A stretch of 64,000 nt of DNA from Candidatus Forterrea multitransposorum CG_2015-17_Forterrea_25_41. Its GTDB lineage: Archaea; Iainarchaeota; Iainarchaeia; Iainarchaeales; CSSED10-239. Made by a program: the position numbers and the translations under genes. The notes under the pieces are model-generated. The model did no database searches. It was not told the origin of the DNA and was given only the letters and a program-made list of their open reading frames with translations. The DNA is taken from NCBI GenBank assembly GCA_009392915.1, contig CP045477.1:384001-448000 (forward strand). The letters are read 5' to 3'. Each line of letters begins with the position of its first letter. The stretch's first letter is position 1. Below are positions 19,792-30,200 of this stretch, piece after piece.

Positions 19792-20295
19792 TTAGAAGGG
19801 TTTATAAAGGTTACCGATATATTGGTAATATTGGTAGTATATAAACTTAACCAATATAGCTATTAACCAATACTTCTTTTTATACTCTCTAGCATCAATT
19901 CTTTCTTTTAATTTTATTCTTTCTTCTACAAGTTCTTGTTTTCTTGTCTGAATTGCAAAATAACTTTGAGCAAATGCAATTTCTTCTTTTCTTGAGTCTC
20001 CATTTTGTGCTATTAAGTAACATGCATATCTAGTTAATGTATAATCAATTATTTCTCTTTCTGCATCAGATCCTAATTTAACCTTTTTCCTGACCTCAAG
20101 AAAATGGTCATTAATATTAAATCCTGAATTTTTACAAGAAATTTTTGCTTTTTCAATTATACTTACAAAATTTTCCCATTTAGTATAACCTAAAAGGTCT
20201 TGTAACTCCCTTGCAAGCCAAAATTCAAGATTATCTTTAAAATAAGCACTATCTTGAAAACTTTTAGTTAGTTTATAAATTATTTCTCTTTGCAT
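19792..20295 (-). CDS. DinD-like protein (DNA-damage-inducible protein D N-terminal/Bro-N-like domain), C-terminally short
   Basis: EFWLARELQDLLGYTKWENF...TRYACYLIAQNGDSRK...YFAIQTRKQEL matches E. coli DinD as I recall it (recalled from memory, not checked). About 167 aa, versus about 270 for DinD. Confidence 0.6.
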   Translation of the reverse strand: MQREIIYKLTKSFQDSAYFKDNLEFWLARELQDLLGYTKWENFVSIIEKAKISCKNSGFNINDHFLEVRKKVKLGSDAEREIIDYTLTRYACYLIAQNGDSRKEEIAFAQSYFAIQTRKQELVEERIKLKERIDAREYKKKYWLIAILVKFIYYQYYQYIGNLYKPF

Positions 20296-20346
20296 AGAAC
20301 ATCACATATATATAAGAGTCTTTAATTTATATATTGATTTTGTAAG

Positions 20347-20367
20347 AGAGGGTAAATGGCCGAGAAA
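20347..20367. promoter_or_regulatory. Copy 2 of the 21-bp motif AGAGGGTAAATGGCCGAGAAA, upstream of the DinD-like gene
   Basis: Exact 21-mer. In minus orientation it is followed about 14 bp later by TATATAAATTAAAG, then the ATG at 20295. Confidence 0.5.
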
Positions 20368-20382
20368 GAGAAGAATAGAATT

Positions 20383-20934
20383 TTATTTTAATAAAGCATA
20401 AAGATAATTATCATATACTTTACCATTATAGATAGCTGATTTTTTTAAAAGCCCTTCTTTTTTAAATTTACTTTTTTCTAAAACTTTAATAGAGCCTATA
20501 TTTTTAGTACAAACTTCAGCTGCTATTCTTTTAATACAGGTATTTTTAAATAAAAAATGAATATATGCTTTTATAGCTTCAGACATAAATCCTTTATTCC
20601 AATAAGAAGAATGAAGCATAAAACCTAAATCACATCTTTTAAAATCTTTAATAATTGTAAAAATATCAATAGAGCCTATTAATTTATTTTCATAAGTTAT
20701 AAAAAAAGAAGCTCCTTTTCTTTTTTTCCAAGCATCTACTTTTCTTAAAATTTGTTTTTCTACAATCTTTCTTGAGTTTTTATTATCTCCAGAACCATTA
20801 TATATCCAGAGATTTTTATCTTCATATAACTTATAAAGTTCTTCTTTATATTTTATATCTGGTTTTATAAGTAATAATCTTTTTGTCTTTACTGGCTTAT
20901 ACTTATAACCTTTGTTAAATATTTTTTCATCCAT
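20383..20934 (-). CDS. GNAT N-acetyltransferase (RimJ/RimL-like)
   Basis: The Acetyltransf_3-like core is RCDLGFMLHSSYWNKGFMSEAIKAYIHF. Its 3' 70 bp are duplicated at 18287..18360. Confidence 0.75.
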   Translation of the reverse strand: MDEKIFNKGYKYKPVKTKRLLLIKPDIKYKEELYKLYEDKNLWIYNGSGDNKNSRKIVEKQILRKVDAWKKRKGASFFITYENKLIGSIDIFTIIKDFKRCDLGFMLHSSYWNKGFMSEAIKAYIHFLFKNTCIKRIAAEVCTKNIGSIKVLEKSKFKKEGLLKKSAIYNGKVYDNYLYALLK

Positions 20935-21619
20935 GGTTTAACCTTTTATATTCTTTAATTGCTTTATTAAGTACATTTAAAAAATTAGGATCTTTTTTCC
21001 ATTCTTCTAAAATAAATACTCTTAATTTAGAATGTTTAGAATAACCATCATCTTTAATTTCTATTAAATCTTTAAATTCCTCATTAATTATTACTGTAAA
21101 AGATTCTTTAATATCATGAATTTCAGATTCAGATAAATTACTTTCTTTACAAACGTTCCAAAAATAACTATGAAAGAATAAATGCATAAGCTCATGAATT
21201 ACAACTCTAAATAAATATTTATCCACATATTCGATATAAATGAATATTCCAAACCACTTTTGGTTTTTTCTAAATTCATAAGGACAAGCAACAAAAGTAT
21301 TATATTTAATATATACTTTATTAACAGGAAATTTATTTTTGTGAATCTTTTCTAATTTATTTATTATCTCATCCTTATATTTATTCAATTTTAGATTAGA
21401 ATTATAAAAATTAGTTAAATACTTTTTAGAATAAAATTTTTTAGTGTATTTATCTATTAACTCAACTTTTTTAGAATCAGATGCACTTATTAAAGAATTT
21501 TTAAAATCCTCAGGATAATCTTTAAACCAATCATTACCATAAGCACTAGAGTTTTTAATAAATTTAAGCCAATTTTTTAAATTTTCTTCTTTTGATACAA
21601 TAAATTCTATTTCAACCAT
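20927..21619 (-). CDS. Hypothetical HExxH protein (possible ImmA/IrrE-like zinc metallopeptidase)
   Basis: RVVIHELMHLFFH carries HExxHxxxH. There is no other diagnostic block. Confidence 0.3.
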   Translation of the reverse strand: MVEIEFIVSKEENLKNWLKFIKNSSAYGNDWFKDYPEDFKNSLISASDSKKVELIDKYTKKFYSKKYLTNFYNSNLKLNKYKDEIINKLEKIHKNKFPVNKVYIKYNTFVACPYEFRKNQKWFGIFIYIEYVDKYLFRVVIHELMHLFFHSYFWNVCKESNLSESEIHDIKESFTVIINEEFKDLIEIKDDGYSKHSKLRVFILEEWKKDPNFLNVLNKAIKEYKRLNHG

Positions 21620-21627
21620 AATAAATC

Positions 21628-22008
21628 TTAAATTTCAATTATGTATTCTTTTAAAACTTTTGTACCCCATATTCTAAACTGAGTTGCTTTAGATGAATTT
21701 ACTCTATATCCTACTGATATTATTGCATCTAAATTATAAAAATCAACATTTCTTTTAACATCTCTAGTTCCTTCTTTTTGAACTATTAGGAATTTCCTAA
21801 TAGTTTGATTTTTATTTAACTCTGCAGAATCATATATATTTTTTAGATGTTCATTTATAGTTGGGATTTCAACTCCAAATAATTCTGCAATCCTTTTCTT
21901 AGTTAACCATATATTTTCATTATAAATATAAACATCTAATTTTACTTCTCCATCTGGAGATTTATACAATAAAAATTTATTATTTTTAGAAATGATCTCT
22001 TTAGTCAT
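21628..22008 (-). CDS. RhuM-family protein, N-terminal portion only (truncated)
   Basis: LLYKSPDGEVKLDVYIYNENIWLTKKRIAELFGVEIPTINEHLKNIY...ATQFRIWGTKVLKEYI matches the conserved RhuM N-terminus. It stops at about 126 aa, where RhuM proteins (about 330 aa) continue. Confidence 0.55.
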   Translation of the reverse strand: MTKEIISKNNKFLLYKSPDGEVKLDVYIYNENIWLTKKRIAELFGVEIPTINEHLKNIYDSAELNKNQTIRKFLIVQKEGTRDVKRNVDFYNLDAIISVGYRVNSSKATQFRIWGTKVLKEYIIEI

Positions 22009-22020
22009 AATATTTATTCT

Positions 22021-22062
22021 ACTTTTTATATTTATTCTACTTTTTATATTTATTATTCTTTT
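22021..22062. repeat. 18-bp tandem direct repeat (tttattctactttttata, about 2.3 copies) at the 5' end / promoter of the RhuM-like gene
   Basis: Exact adjacent copies at 22021-22038 and 22039-22056, plus a partial third. Confidence 0.6.
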
Positions 22063-22361
22063 AAATTATTTAATCACAAACAATTTTTCTAAGTATAATA
22101 ATAGAAGATTATTTATGTTTAAAAAGCTTTCCAAAGTGCCTGACCATAAAAGGATTTTTAATCTTTTGATAACTTGTAGTATAGTTATTAATATTAAATT
22201 TTTCAGAATCAGAAACACCCTTTTTTGATACTTTTTAACTTAAAAATATCATGAGTGATACTTTTTTAATTAATAGTGTCAAAAGACTACCTTTTTGATA
22301 ATTTTCTAATAATCTACAAAATAAGTTATGTTTAAATAGATTATTAATTATTAAACTATCT

Positions 22362-22817
22362 ATGGATATAGAAAAATTACCTTTTAGAAAAGAAGTTACA
22401 GCATATATTGTAAATGAAAATAAAGAATTTATAGTTATCTTTTCAGCACTTGCAAACAGGTTTTGTAAAACTCCTGCTGGAGGTGTTGAAGAAAATGAGC
22501 CTTCAGATAAAGCAATATTAAGAGAAATTAAAGAAGAACTTAATCTTGATATAGAAATTATTGCAAAATCAAAGATAGAATACAAATGGGAACATACAAA
22601 AGAAAGAATAATTGAAAGAAACTTAAAATTTAGAGGATCAACTGGAGAAGTTTTTCTTGCAAAAATAAACCCACCAAATCAAGAGATTAAAATACAAGAA
22701 GAAGAAATCTCAGGGTATAAATGGATTAAAAAAGAAGATGTAGATAATTATTTTGCAACAGACACTTTAAAAGAAACAGCAAGAAAGATGTTTGAAGAGT
22801 TTAAAGAATATTTTTAA
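22362..22817 (+). CDS. NUDIX hydrolase
   Basis: The Nudix box is GGVEENEPSDKAILREIKEELNL (Gx5Ex7REUxEExGU). Confidence 0.8.
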   Translation: MDIEKLPFRKEVTAYIVNENKEFIVIFSALANRFCKTPAGGVEENEPSDKAILREIKEELNLDIEIIAKSKIEYKWEHTKERIIERNLKFRGSTGEVFLAKINPPNQEIKIQEEEISGYKWIKKEDVDNYFATDTLKETARKMFEEFKEYF

Positions 22818-23406
22818 AAAAATGATATTATTTATGAAAATAAGAAAAATAAAATTAAGAGAGCTAAAAGAAGCAGATATTTTTAAAGAAAAAATATTAA
22901 ACCCAGAAAAAAAAAGAAGATATAGACCATATTATAAAATTTTAAAAAATTACAAAAGAGAGCCTTCTTTATTTATTGGAGCTTATGATAAAAATAGAAT
23001 TATAGGAGTTGCTTTTGGGCATATTATAAAAAATAGAATATTATTAGGTGAAATGGCTGTTTTAGAAGAGTATAGAAACAAAGGGATTGGAAAAAAAATA
23101 TTAAAAAAAATTGAACAAAATTCAAAAAAATTAAATAAGAAATATATAGAGCTTGGTGCTCTTGATAATGCAGAAAAATTTTATCTTAAACAAAATTACA
23201 AACCAATTATTTTTGTGCAAATATATCCAAAAAATATCTTGAAAAATTACAATCATTTAAATTATAAAATAATTAAAGAAACAAATTATGTTGATTCTAA
23301 AAGATTTTATATTGAGGTTAAAAGATATGATCCTAAATTAAAAGAAAAAATAGAAAAAGAATTTAAAGCATATGATGTAATCTATTTATTTAGAAAATAT
23401 TTATAA
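22792..23406 (+). CDS. GNAT N-acetyltransferase
   Basis: Motif A is YRNKGIGKKILKKIE (R/Q-x-x-G-x-G/A). Confidence 0.6.
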   Translation: MKSLKNIFKKMILFMKIRKIKLRELKEADIFKEKILNPEKKRRYRPYYKILKNYKREPSLFIGAYDKNRIIGVAFGHIIKNRILLGEMAVLEEYRNKGIGKKILKKIEQNSKKLNKKYIELGALDNAEKFYLKQNYKPIIFVQIYPKNILKNYNHLNYKIIKETNYVDSKRFYIEVKRYDPKLKEKIEKEFKAYDVIYLFRKYL

Positions 23407-24924
23407 CTTAAAATCCCAAAGATGTTTACCATCAATAGTTGCATTCTTATCCATCTCTTGGATATACTTTCTAATTACCTTATAACTCTTTTCTAAAGGA
23501 GTTACTGGTTTTTTACCTTGATCAATTCTTGTAAAAGAAGAAATAATGTCTTCTTTTGAATATTCCTTAAGTAATAATTTATAAAAACCTTCTTGTAAGA
23601 AAGGTACAAGATTTCTAAAATAGGAAGAAGCTAGATTTAAATTATTTTTATTTTTTGCCTTAAGATACTCTTTAAAGTTATCTTGCATAAATTCAACCAT
23701 ATTTTTTAACTTTATTTCAATATTTATATAATCTAAAGATAAAATATACTTAGTTAATTCTTTTTTATCATTTTCAAATTCTTTTGTTTTAATTATTTTT
23801 ATCATTTTAAATAAAGATTTTTCTTTATTAACTAAAATTTTTAATTTTGGAGAATAATATACTTTTCCTTTCTTTCCATCAACTATAACTTCATCAAAAT
23901 TATTTGTTTCTTTTAATAATTTTGAAATATTAATACCACCAATACAAGGTATATTATTTTCTCTTGCAACTATTGCAGGATGTGAGGTTATTGAATCAAC
24001 TTCACAAATAACAGCTTTAGCTTTTTTAAAAATAAGGTCATATTCTGGAAAAAGAACATAAGTAACTAAAATATTTCCTTTTTTAAATATTTTATAAGCT
24101 TCTTTAGGGTCAGTTGCATCTGAAACATATTCTATGTTTCCTTTAGCATAACCATTTGAAAGGGTTATACCTTTTAGTTCTTTTTGGTTTTTTGCTTTAT
24201 TTACTATAATTTTTTTAATATTTTTTAAAGTAGTAATATTTCTTGTTTGTAAAAACCAAATTCTGTCTTTATTATCTATTGCAAATTCTATATCTTGAGG
24301 ATATTTAAAATATTGTTCAATTTGTTTTCCTTCTAGATATAATTTTTTAAAAGTTTTATTTAATTGTTTAGTAGTATTAATTTTTAAAGAATTTTTCTTT
24401 CCTGAAACCATTTCTTCTAGATGTCCTTTTACATGTTCTATTAAAAAACCTTTATTTGTTATTGGGTTTTTTGTAAAATATACTCCTGATAGTTTTGGTA
24501 TTATTTGTTTTTGTATAATTACAGCTAAGGTATCTTTTAATTTTTTATTAGTATATGATTTTAAAGAGATTTTCTTTTCTGAAGCAATAACTTTAGATAT
24601 TGCTAAAAATAGTTCTTTTTCATTATTTATATTTGTAATTGAGGTAAACTGTCCTGCAAAAGATTGTTTTACAGAATCTTCATAGATTGAAGAGCTTCTA
24701 ACAACTAAAGGGTATAATTCTCCTCCATAGTCTATTTGTTTTAAATAATCTTTAATTTGTTTCTTTAGATTAAGAGAAAAAGATTTTTTTATTATTTTAC
24801 AGAAATCTCTAGAGAGAACAAAACCATTAGGCACATTATAGGCTGCTCTTTTTAAAAGCATTAGGTTATATGCTTTATTTCCTACTTGTTTTTTATCAGC
24901 TACAGTGTAAAGGTTATAGATCAT
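23401..24924 (-). CDS. PEP-utilising enzyme (PPDK/PEP synthase-like ATP-grasp N-domain plus mobile phosphohistidine domain; no TIM-barrel PEP-binding domain)
   Basis: The PEP-utilisers mobile-domain signature is ITSHPAIVARENNIPCIGG. The N-terminus is PPDK_N-like (NKAYNLMLLKRAAYNVPNGFVL). Confidence 0.55.
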   Translation of the reverse strand: MIYNLYTVADKKQVGNKAYNLMLLKRAAYNVPNGFVLSRDFCKIIKKSFSLNLKKQIKDYLKQIDYGGELYPLVVRSSSIYEDSVKQSFAGQFTSITNINNEKELFLAISKVIASEKKISLKSYTNKKLKDTLAVIIQKQIIPKLSGVYFTKNPITNKGFLIEHVKGHLEEMVSGKKNSLKINTTKQLNKTFKKLYLEGKQIEQYFKYPQDIEFAIDNKDRIWFLQTRNITTLKNIKKIIVNKAKNQKELKGITLSNGYAKGNIEYVSDATDPKEAYKIFKKGNILVTYVLFPEYDLIFKKAKAVICEVDSITSHPAIVARENNIPCIGGINISKLLKETNNFDEVIVDGKKGKVYYSPKLKILVNKEKSLFKMIKIIKTKEFENDKKELTKYILSLDYINIEIKLKNMVEFMQDNFKEYLKAKNKNNLNLASSYFRNLVPFLQEGFYKLLLKEYSKEDIISSFTRIDQGKKPVTPLEKSYKVIRKYIQEMDKNATIDGKHLWDFKL

Positions 24925-25087
24925 ATTTAATCAAGTGTAATAGATATATGAGGATTTATGTTTAAAAGGCTTTCTTAAGTAGCTTATAAAAGGACTTTTT
25001 TCTTTAATCTGTAAAGAAAAACCTTAAAATCCTTAAAAAAAAGAAAATAATAAATAGATTAAAAATAATTTAATTTTAAATTATAAT

Positions 25088-25753
25088 CTATTTATTAATT
25101 ATATTGATAACATCAATTAAATCTTCAATTACATAATCTGGTTTATATAAAAAATGTTTATAAGGCAATTTAAGTGGATTATATAAAACAGCATTAATTC
25201 CATATTTTTTAGCTTCAATATCAACAGATAAATCCCCTATATGTAAAACATTTGAAGGTAAATAACCATCTAATTTAATTTTATTAATAAAATCAACATA
25301 TGGTTTACCAGATGCTTTCTTTCCACCTACTTCATTAGATAATGAAAAATATTTAAAATTATTAAATTTATTTTCTTTAACCCAATCTTTAATCCAGCTA
25401 GTTTTTGTATCACTAATAATTCCAAGAATATAATCTTTTTTTATTAAGTATTTTATTAATTTTAAAGTATTTTTAGAAAATTTATTTTTTAAAGTATATT
25501 CTTTGGAATTATTTATTATATTATTATAATTTTCAGAAATTGCTTTAGATAGACTTTTAGTATATTTAATATTAATTTTTTTTAATAAAACTTTTAAAAA
25601 AGCATCTTCTTTATATTTACTATTTTGAAAATCTCTCCAAGTTTCTTCAACAGCCTTAAGATAATTATTATATGTTAATGTAAAATTTTCTTTTTTTAGT
25701 ATTTTAAATTCACTTTTATATATTTCAAATAACAAATTTGGATCACTATCCAT
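25088..25753 (-). CDS. HAD-superfamily hydrolase
   Basis: LGIISDT is motif II-like and VLHIGDLSVDIEAKKYGINAV is motif III/IV-like. Confidence 0.5.
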   Translation of the reverse strand: MDSDPNLLFEIYKSEFKILKKENFTLTYNNYLKAVEETWRDFQNSKYKEDAFLKVLLKKINIKYTKSLSKAISENYNNIINNSKEYTLKNKFSKNTLKLIKYLIKKDYILGIISDTKTSWIKDWVKENKFNNFKYFSLSNEVGGKKASGKPYVDFINKIKLDGYLPSNVLHIGDLSVDIEAKKYGINAVLYNPLKLPYKHFLYKPDYVIEDLIDVINIINK

Positions 25754-26296
25754 AAATAAAGTATTTGAAACGTCAAAAGATATTATTTTTATAGTTTTAA
25801 TAATAATCCCTCTTTATTTTATATTTATAATAATATATAAAACTCATATATTATTTAATTATATCTTTTATAATAAAACATTTTAAATAAGAAAGAAATT
25901 ACAAGAAAAACCTTAAAATCTTTTCAAAAAGTTTAAAATTATCAAAAAAAGAATAAAAGAAAATAAAACTACTTACAATTAATAAGACTATTGGAAAATA
26001 TAATAAAAGGTTTCTAAATAAAACTAAAGGCCATGCAATAACATCCATTATAAAGAGAGAAAATTTATTCTTAAGTAGTAATAACTAAAAAAGTATTATA
26101 ACTATATTGATCTGTTTTTAATAAAAGAAAGGTAAAAATTTAAAAATATATTAATAATTGCAAAGGAAAAAGTGGCAATTAATAGATATATTGTTATTTT
26201 TTGTTTGTTTTTCATAATATAATATATTGTTAAAAGCTTTCTAACAGCTACAATTAAGTAAAACTTAAATATACTTATGTAACTCTTAATATTTAT

Positions 26297-26533
26297 ATGG
26301 TAGAAAAAGAACTTGCACTTATAATAAATGGAAACTTAAGAAAAAAGATAATATTAAGTTTAGCAATTCCTAACATAGCCACAAATTTAGCAAAAAAATT
26401 AGATGTTTCAAGATCTTCTGTATCAAGGACCTTATTATTTTTAGAGAAGCATTTTCTTGTAGAATGTATAAATAATGATGCAAGTTTTAACAGGTTATAC
26501 AAGCTTACCTTAAAGGTACAAGAAAGTTTCTGA
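26297..26533 (+). CDS. Small winged-helix DNA-binding protein (ArsR/TrmB-like)
   Basis: HTH is ATNLAKKLDVSRSSVSRTLLFLEKHFLV. It runs convergent to the end of the R-M operon. Confidence 0.4.
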   Translation: MVEKELALIINGNLRKKIILSLAIPNIATNLAKKLDVSRSSVSRTLLFLEKHFLVECINNDASFNRLYKLTLKVQESF

Positions 26534-26566
26534 TATGTTAAGGAAGATGTGATTATTATACTTTAA

Positions 26567-27220
26567 TTAAGTATAAATTATTTTACTTTTTATAAATTTA
26601 ATTTCAAGTTTTTCTGTGCATTTAATTTTAATTATTATATTTGCACTTTTTGAAAAATTATCTGCAAAAATATTTATGTTTGAACTAATTTTATATATTT
26701 TATTTTTTTCAAATTTAATTTTAGGAAATCCAATAGGTATTTGTTTAATCATAGGTAAAATATTTCCATTTATATTTACACTTCCTTCAAAAAAATTAAA
26801 TAAATCTAAATAATGCAATTCATTTTTAGATAAATTAAAATTTTCTTTACCTTCAGAACATTTACCTTTATGAGTTGCACTCCAGACAAAATAATTAGGA
26901 TCAAAAGGATATATTTTTTTATTATTCAATTTTATTTCATTACATTTAATTTTAATATTGTTTATTGCTATTGAACCTATATTTATTACTTTTATTCTAA
27001 AATAAATTAAATTACAACTTGAACCATCATGTTGATTAATATAAATTTTATTAATCTTATGAACACAGTTAACATCATCTAAATCAATTTTAATTTTTGG
27101 TTTTTTAATAAAATTAATAATATCTTCTTTAAATAATGCAACAACTACTGCACATAGAGTTAAAAAAGCCATAATTATTTGAATAATTGAATCTAAATTA
27201 TTTTCAACCATCAATACCAT
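26567..27220 (-). CDS. Single-pass membrane protein, last gene of the R-M operon (overlaps hsdR stop by 17 bp)
   Basis: An N-terminal TM helix is followed by a beta-rich, Cys-containing ectodomain. IYFRIKVINIGSIAINNIKIK resembles IYFYLSNVGQRPTTIKKM in the 34397..34879 product. Confidence 0.4.
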   Translation of the reverse strand: MVLMVENNLDSIIQIIMAFLTLCAVVVALFKEDIINFIKKPKIKIDLDDVNCVHKINKIYINQHDGSSCNLIYFRIKVINIGSIAINNIKIKCNEIKLNNKKIYPFDPNYFVWSATHKGKCSEGKENFNLSKNELHYLDLFNFFEGSVNINGNILPMIKQIPIGFPKIKFEKNKIYKISSNINIFADNFSKSANIIIKIKCTEKLEIKFIKSKIIYT

Positions 27221-30200
27221 CTCTACAAATTCTTTCTGCTTGTTCTAAAACCAATTTTACTGCTTCTGCTTGCATATCAGGAGGATAACCATACTTTGAA
27301 AGAATTCTCTTAACCAAAACTCTTATCTTTGCTCTTTCAGTTTCTCTAATTTCCCAATCAACGCTTGTTGTATTCTTTTTAATAGTATCTGTTAAAATTT
27401 TTGCAATAACAACTATTTGTTTATCCCCTAAAACATCTAAAGCACTTTTATTATTTGAAAGAGCATCATAAAAAGCAACTTCATCTTCGGATAAATCAAG
27501 TTCTTCACCTTTCTTTTCAGAAGCTTTAATTTCTTTTGCAATTTTTAATAGTTCTTCAATAACTTCAACAGTTGTTATACTTCTATTAGTATATAATTTA
27601 ATAATATTTTCAATCATTTCCTTAAAAGATCTTTGTTTTACAATATTTTTTCTAAATCTGGATTTAATTTCATCATTAAGAAGTTTTCTATACATCTCTA
27701 ATGCTAAATTCTTTTGAGGTAAATTTTTAATTTCAAGCATAAATTCTTCAGAAAGTATAGAAATATCTGGTCTTTTAAGTCCTGCAACTTTTAAAACATC
27801 CATAATTCCAGAAGACATTATTGATTTTGAAATTAATTGATTTAAATTTTGTTCTAAAAGCTCAGTTTGAGAAATATTTCTAGTAACAGTATTTTTTACA
27901 AACTGTGATTTAATTGCTTGGAAAAATGCAATTTCTTCTTTTAAATCTAAAGCTCTTTTATCAGGAACTGCTAAAGAGAATGCTCTTAAAAGATTAATAG
28001 TTGCATCAATAAATCTTTTTTTACCATCTTCTTGTTTTAATATATGTTCCATTGCATTAATTAAAAGCTTCATTCTATAATTTGTGTCTTTATTTTCTAA
28101 ATCATATTCAAACTTATATAATAAAGATTTAACAACATCATATTTATTTAATAATAAATTTACTGCTTCTTCTTGATTAATTCCAACCTTTTGTTGATCT
28201 TTTGGAGAATAATTACCTAAGGCTTCTTTTAATTGAGTAAGTATACTTATATAATCTACAATTAATCCACCTTGTTTTTCTCCAAAAACTCTATTTACTC
28301 TTGCAATTGCTTGCATTAAATTATGGTCTTTCATTGGTTTATCAATATACATTGTATGAAGAGAAGGAACATCAAAACCAGTAAGCCACATATCTCTTAC
28401 AATTACAAGTTTAATCTCTGAAGAAGGATCTTTAAAAACATCTCCAATTTCTCTTCTTTTTTCTGAATTTCTAATATGTCTTTGCCAGTCTAAAGGGTCA
28501 GTTGCGTTACCAGTCATTATTACCTTTAAAAATCCTTTTTTATCATCTTCGTTATCCCACTCTGGTTTAATTTTTATTATTTCATTATATAAATCTACAC
28601 ATATTCTTCTAGACATACAAACAATAATACCTTTTCCTGGCATTCCTAGTTGTCTTTCTTGGAAATGATTTATTATATCTTTTGCAATTTCTTTAATTCT
28701 TTCAGGATGACCTATTATTTTTTCAATTCTTGCCCATTTACTTTTTAATTGTTCTTTTGTATCTTTTTCTTCAGTTTCTGTTACATATTCAAAATCTTTA
28801 TCTAAAGTTATTTGAGATTCTGGATTTAAAGATATTTTTGCAAGTCTACTTTCATAGTAAATAGGAACTGTCATTTTATCTTCAACAGCTTTACTGATAT
28901 CATAAACATCTACATTTTCTCCAAATACATTTCTTGTACTTTTATCACTTTTTTCAATTGGAGTTCCTGTAAAACCAATATAGGTTGCATTTGGAAGAGC
29001 ATCTCTTAGGTTTTTTGCAAAACCTTCTAAAAAACCATATTGTGATCTATGTGCTTCATCAACAATAACAACTATATTTTCTCTATTTGATAGTTCTGGA
29101 TAAACTTCTCCTTTATTTTCTGATGAAAATTTTTGAATTGTTGAAAAAATAACTCCTCCAGAAGATACTTGTAATAGTCTTTTAATTTCTTCTCTATCTT
29201 CTGCTTGTTTTGGATCTTGTCTTAAAACATCTTTACATTTTGAAAATGTTGTGAAAAGTTGATCATCTAGTTCGTTTCTATCTGTTAAAACTAATAAAGT
29301 TGGATTGTTTAGTTGTTGTATAACTTTTCCTGAATAGAAAAGCATGGTTAATGATTTTCCTGAACCTTGAGTATGCCAAACAACACCTGCTCTTTTATCT
29401 TTTCCTTTAACAGCTTTAATTGTTGAAGATACTGCATTGTTTGTTGCATTATATTGATGATATGCTGCTATTTTTTTAATAGTTTTATCTTTATCTGCTT
29501 CATAGACTATAAAATTGTTTATTAAGTCTAATAATGTTTCTTTATTTAACATTCCTCTTATTAAAACTTCTAATTGTGTTAAATAAGAGGCTTGATCTTT
29601 ATATATTGTTTTCCAGATCATGAATCTATCTAGATTTGAAGAAATTGTTCCAACTCTTGTGTCTGTTCCGTCTGAAATTACTAAAATTTGATTATAGTTA
29701 AAGATTGTTGGAATTTCTTGTTTGTATGTTTGTAATTGGTTGTATGCTTTTTTAATATCTGCATTTTCATCTGTTGGATTTTTTAATTCTATTAAAACAA
29801 CTGGTATTCCATTTATAAATAAAATAATGTCTGGTCTTCTGGTATGTTCAGTTTCTTTAATTGTAAATTGGTTTAATGCTATAAATTCATTATTGTTTAT
29901 GTTATCTTTGTCTATTAAGTTTATTTTTATCCATTTTAGGTTTCCATTTATTCTTGTTTGAACGGTTATTCCTTCTGTTAGATATTTGTAAATTTGTTTG
30001 TTGTTTTCTATTAGTTTTTGTGATTCTATTCTTTGTAGTTTTTTAATAGCTTCTTGTTTTGCATCTTCAGGAAGATTTGGGTTTATATCACTTATTTTTC
30101 TTTTTAAAGTTTCATTTAAGAGCACTTGTGAGAAATCATCTCTTTCTGGTCTTTGGCTATCTGGAGCTATGTCTACTCCATTAAGTTTAGTGTAACCTAT

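Noticed and set aside
24995-25925. Exact 18-bp direct repeat aagaaaaaccttaaaatc at about 25013 and about 25903, flanking the HAD hydrolase gene
   Set aside because: The sequence is A-rich and low-complexity. A rough estimate gives about one such chance match in a 64-kb AT-rich window, and no other cassette features are present.
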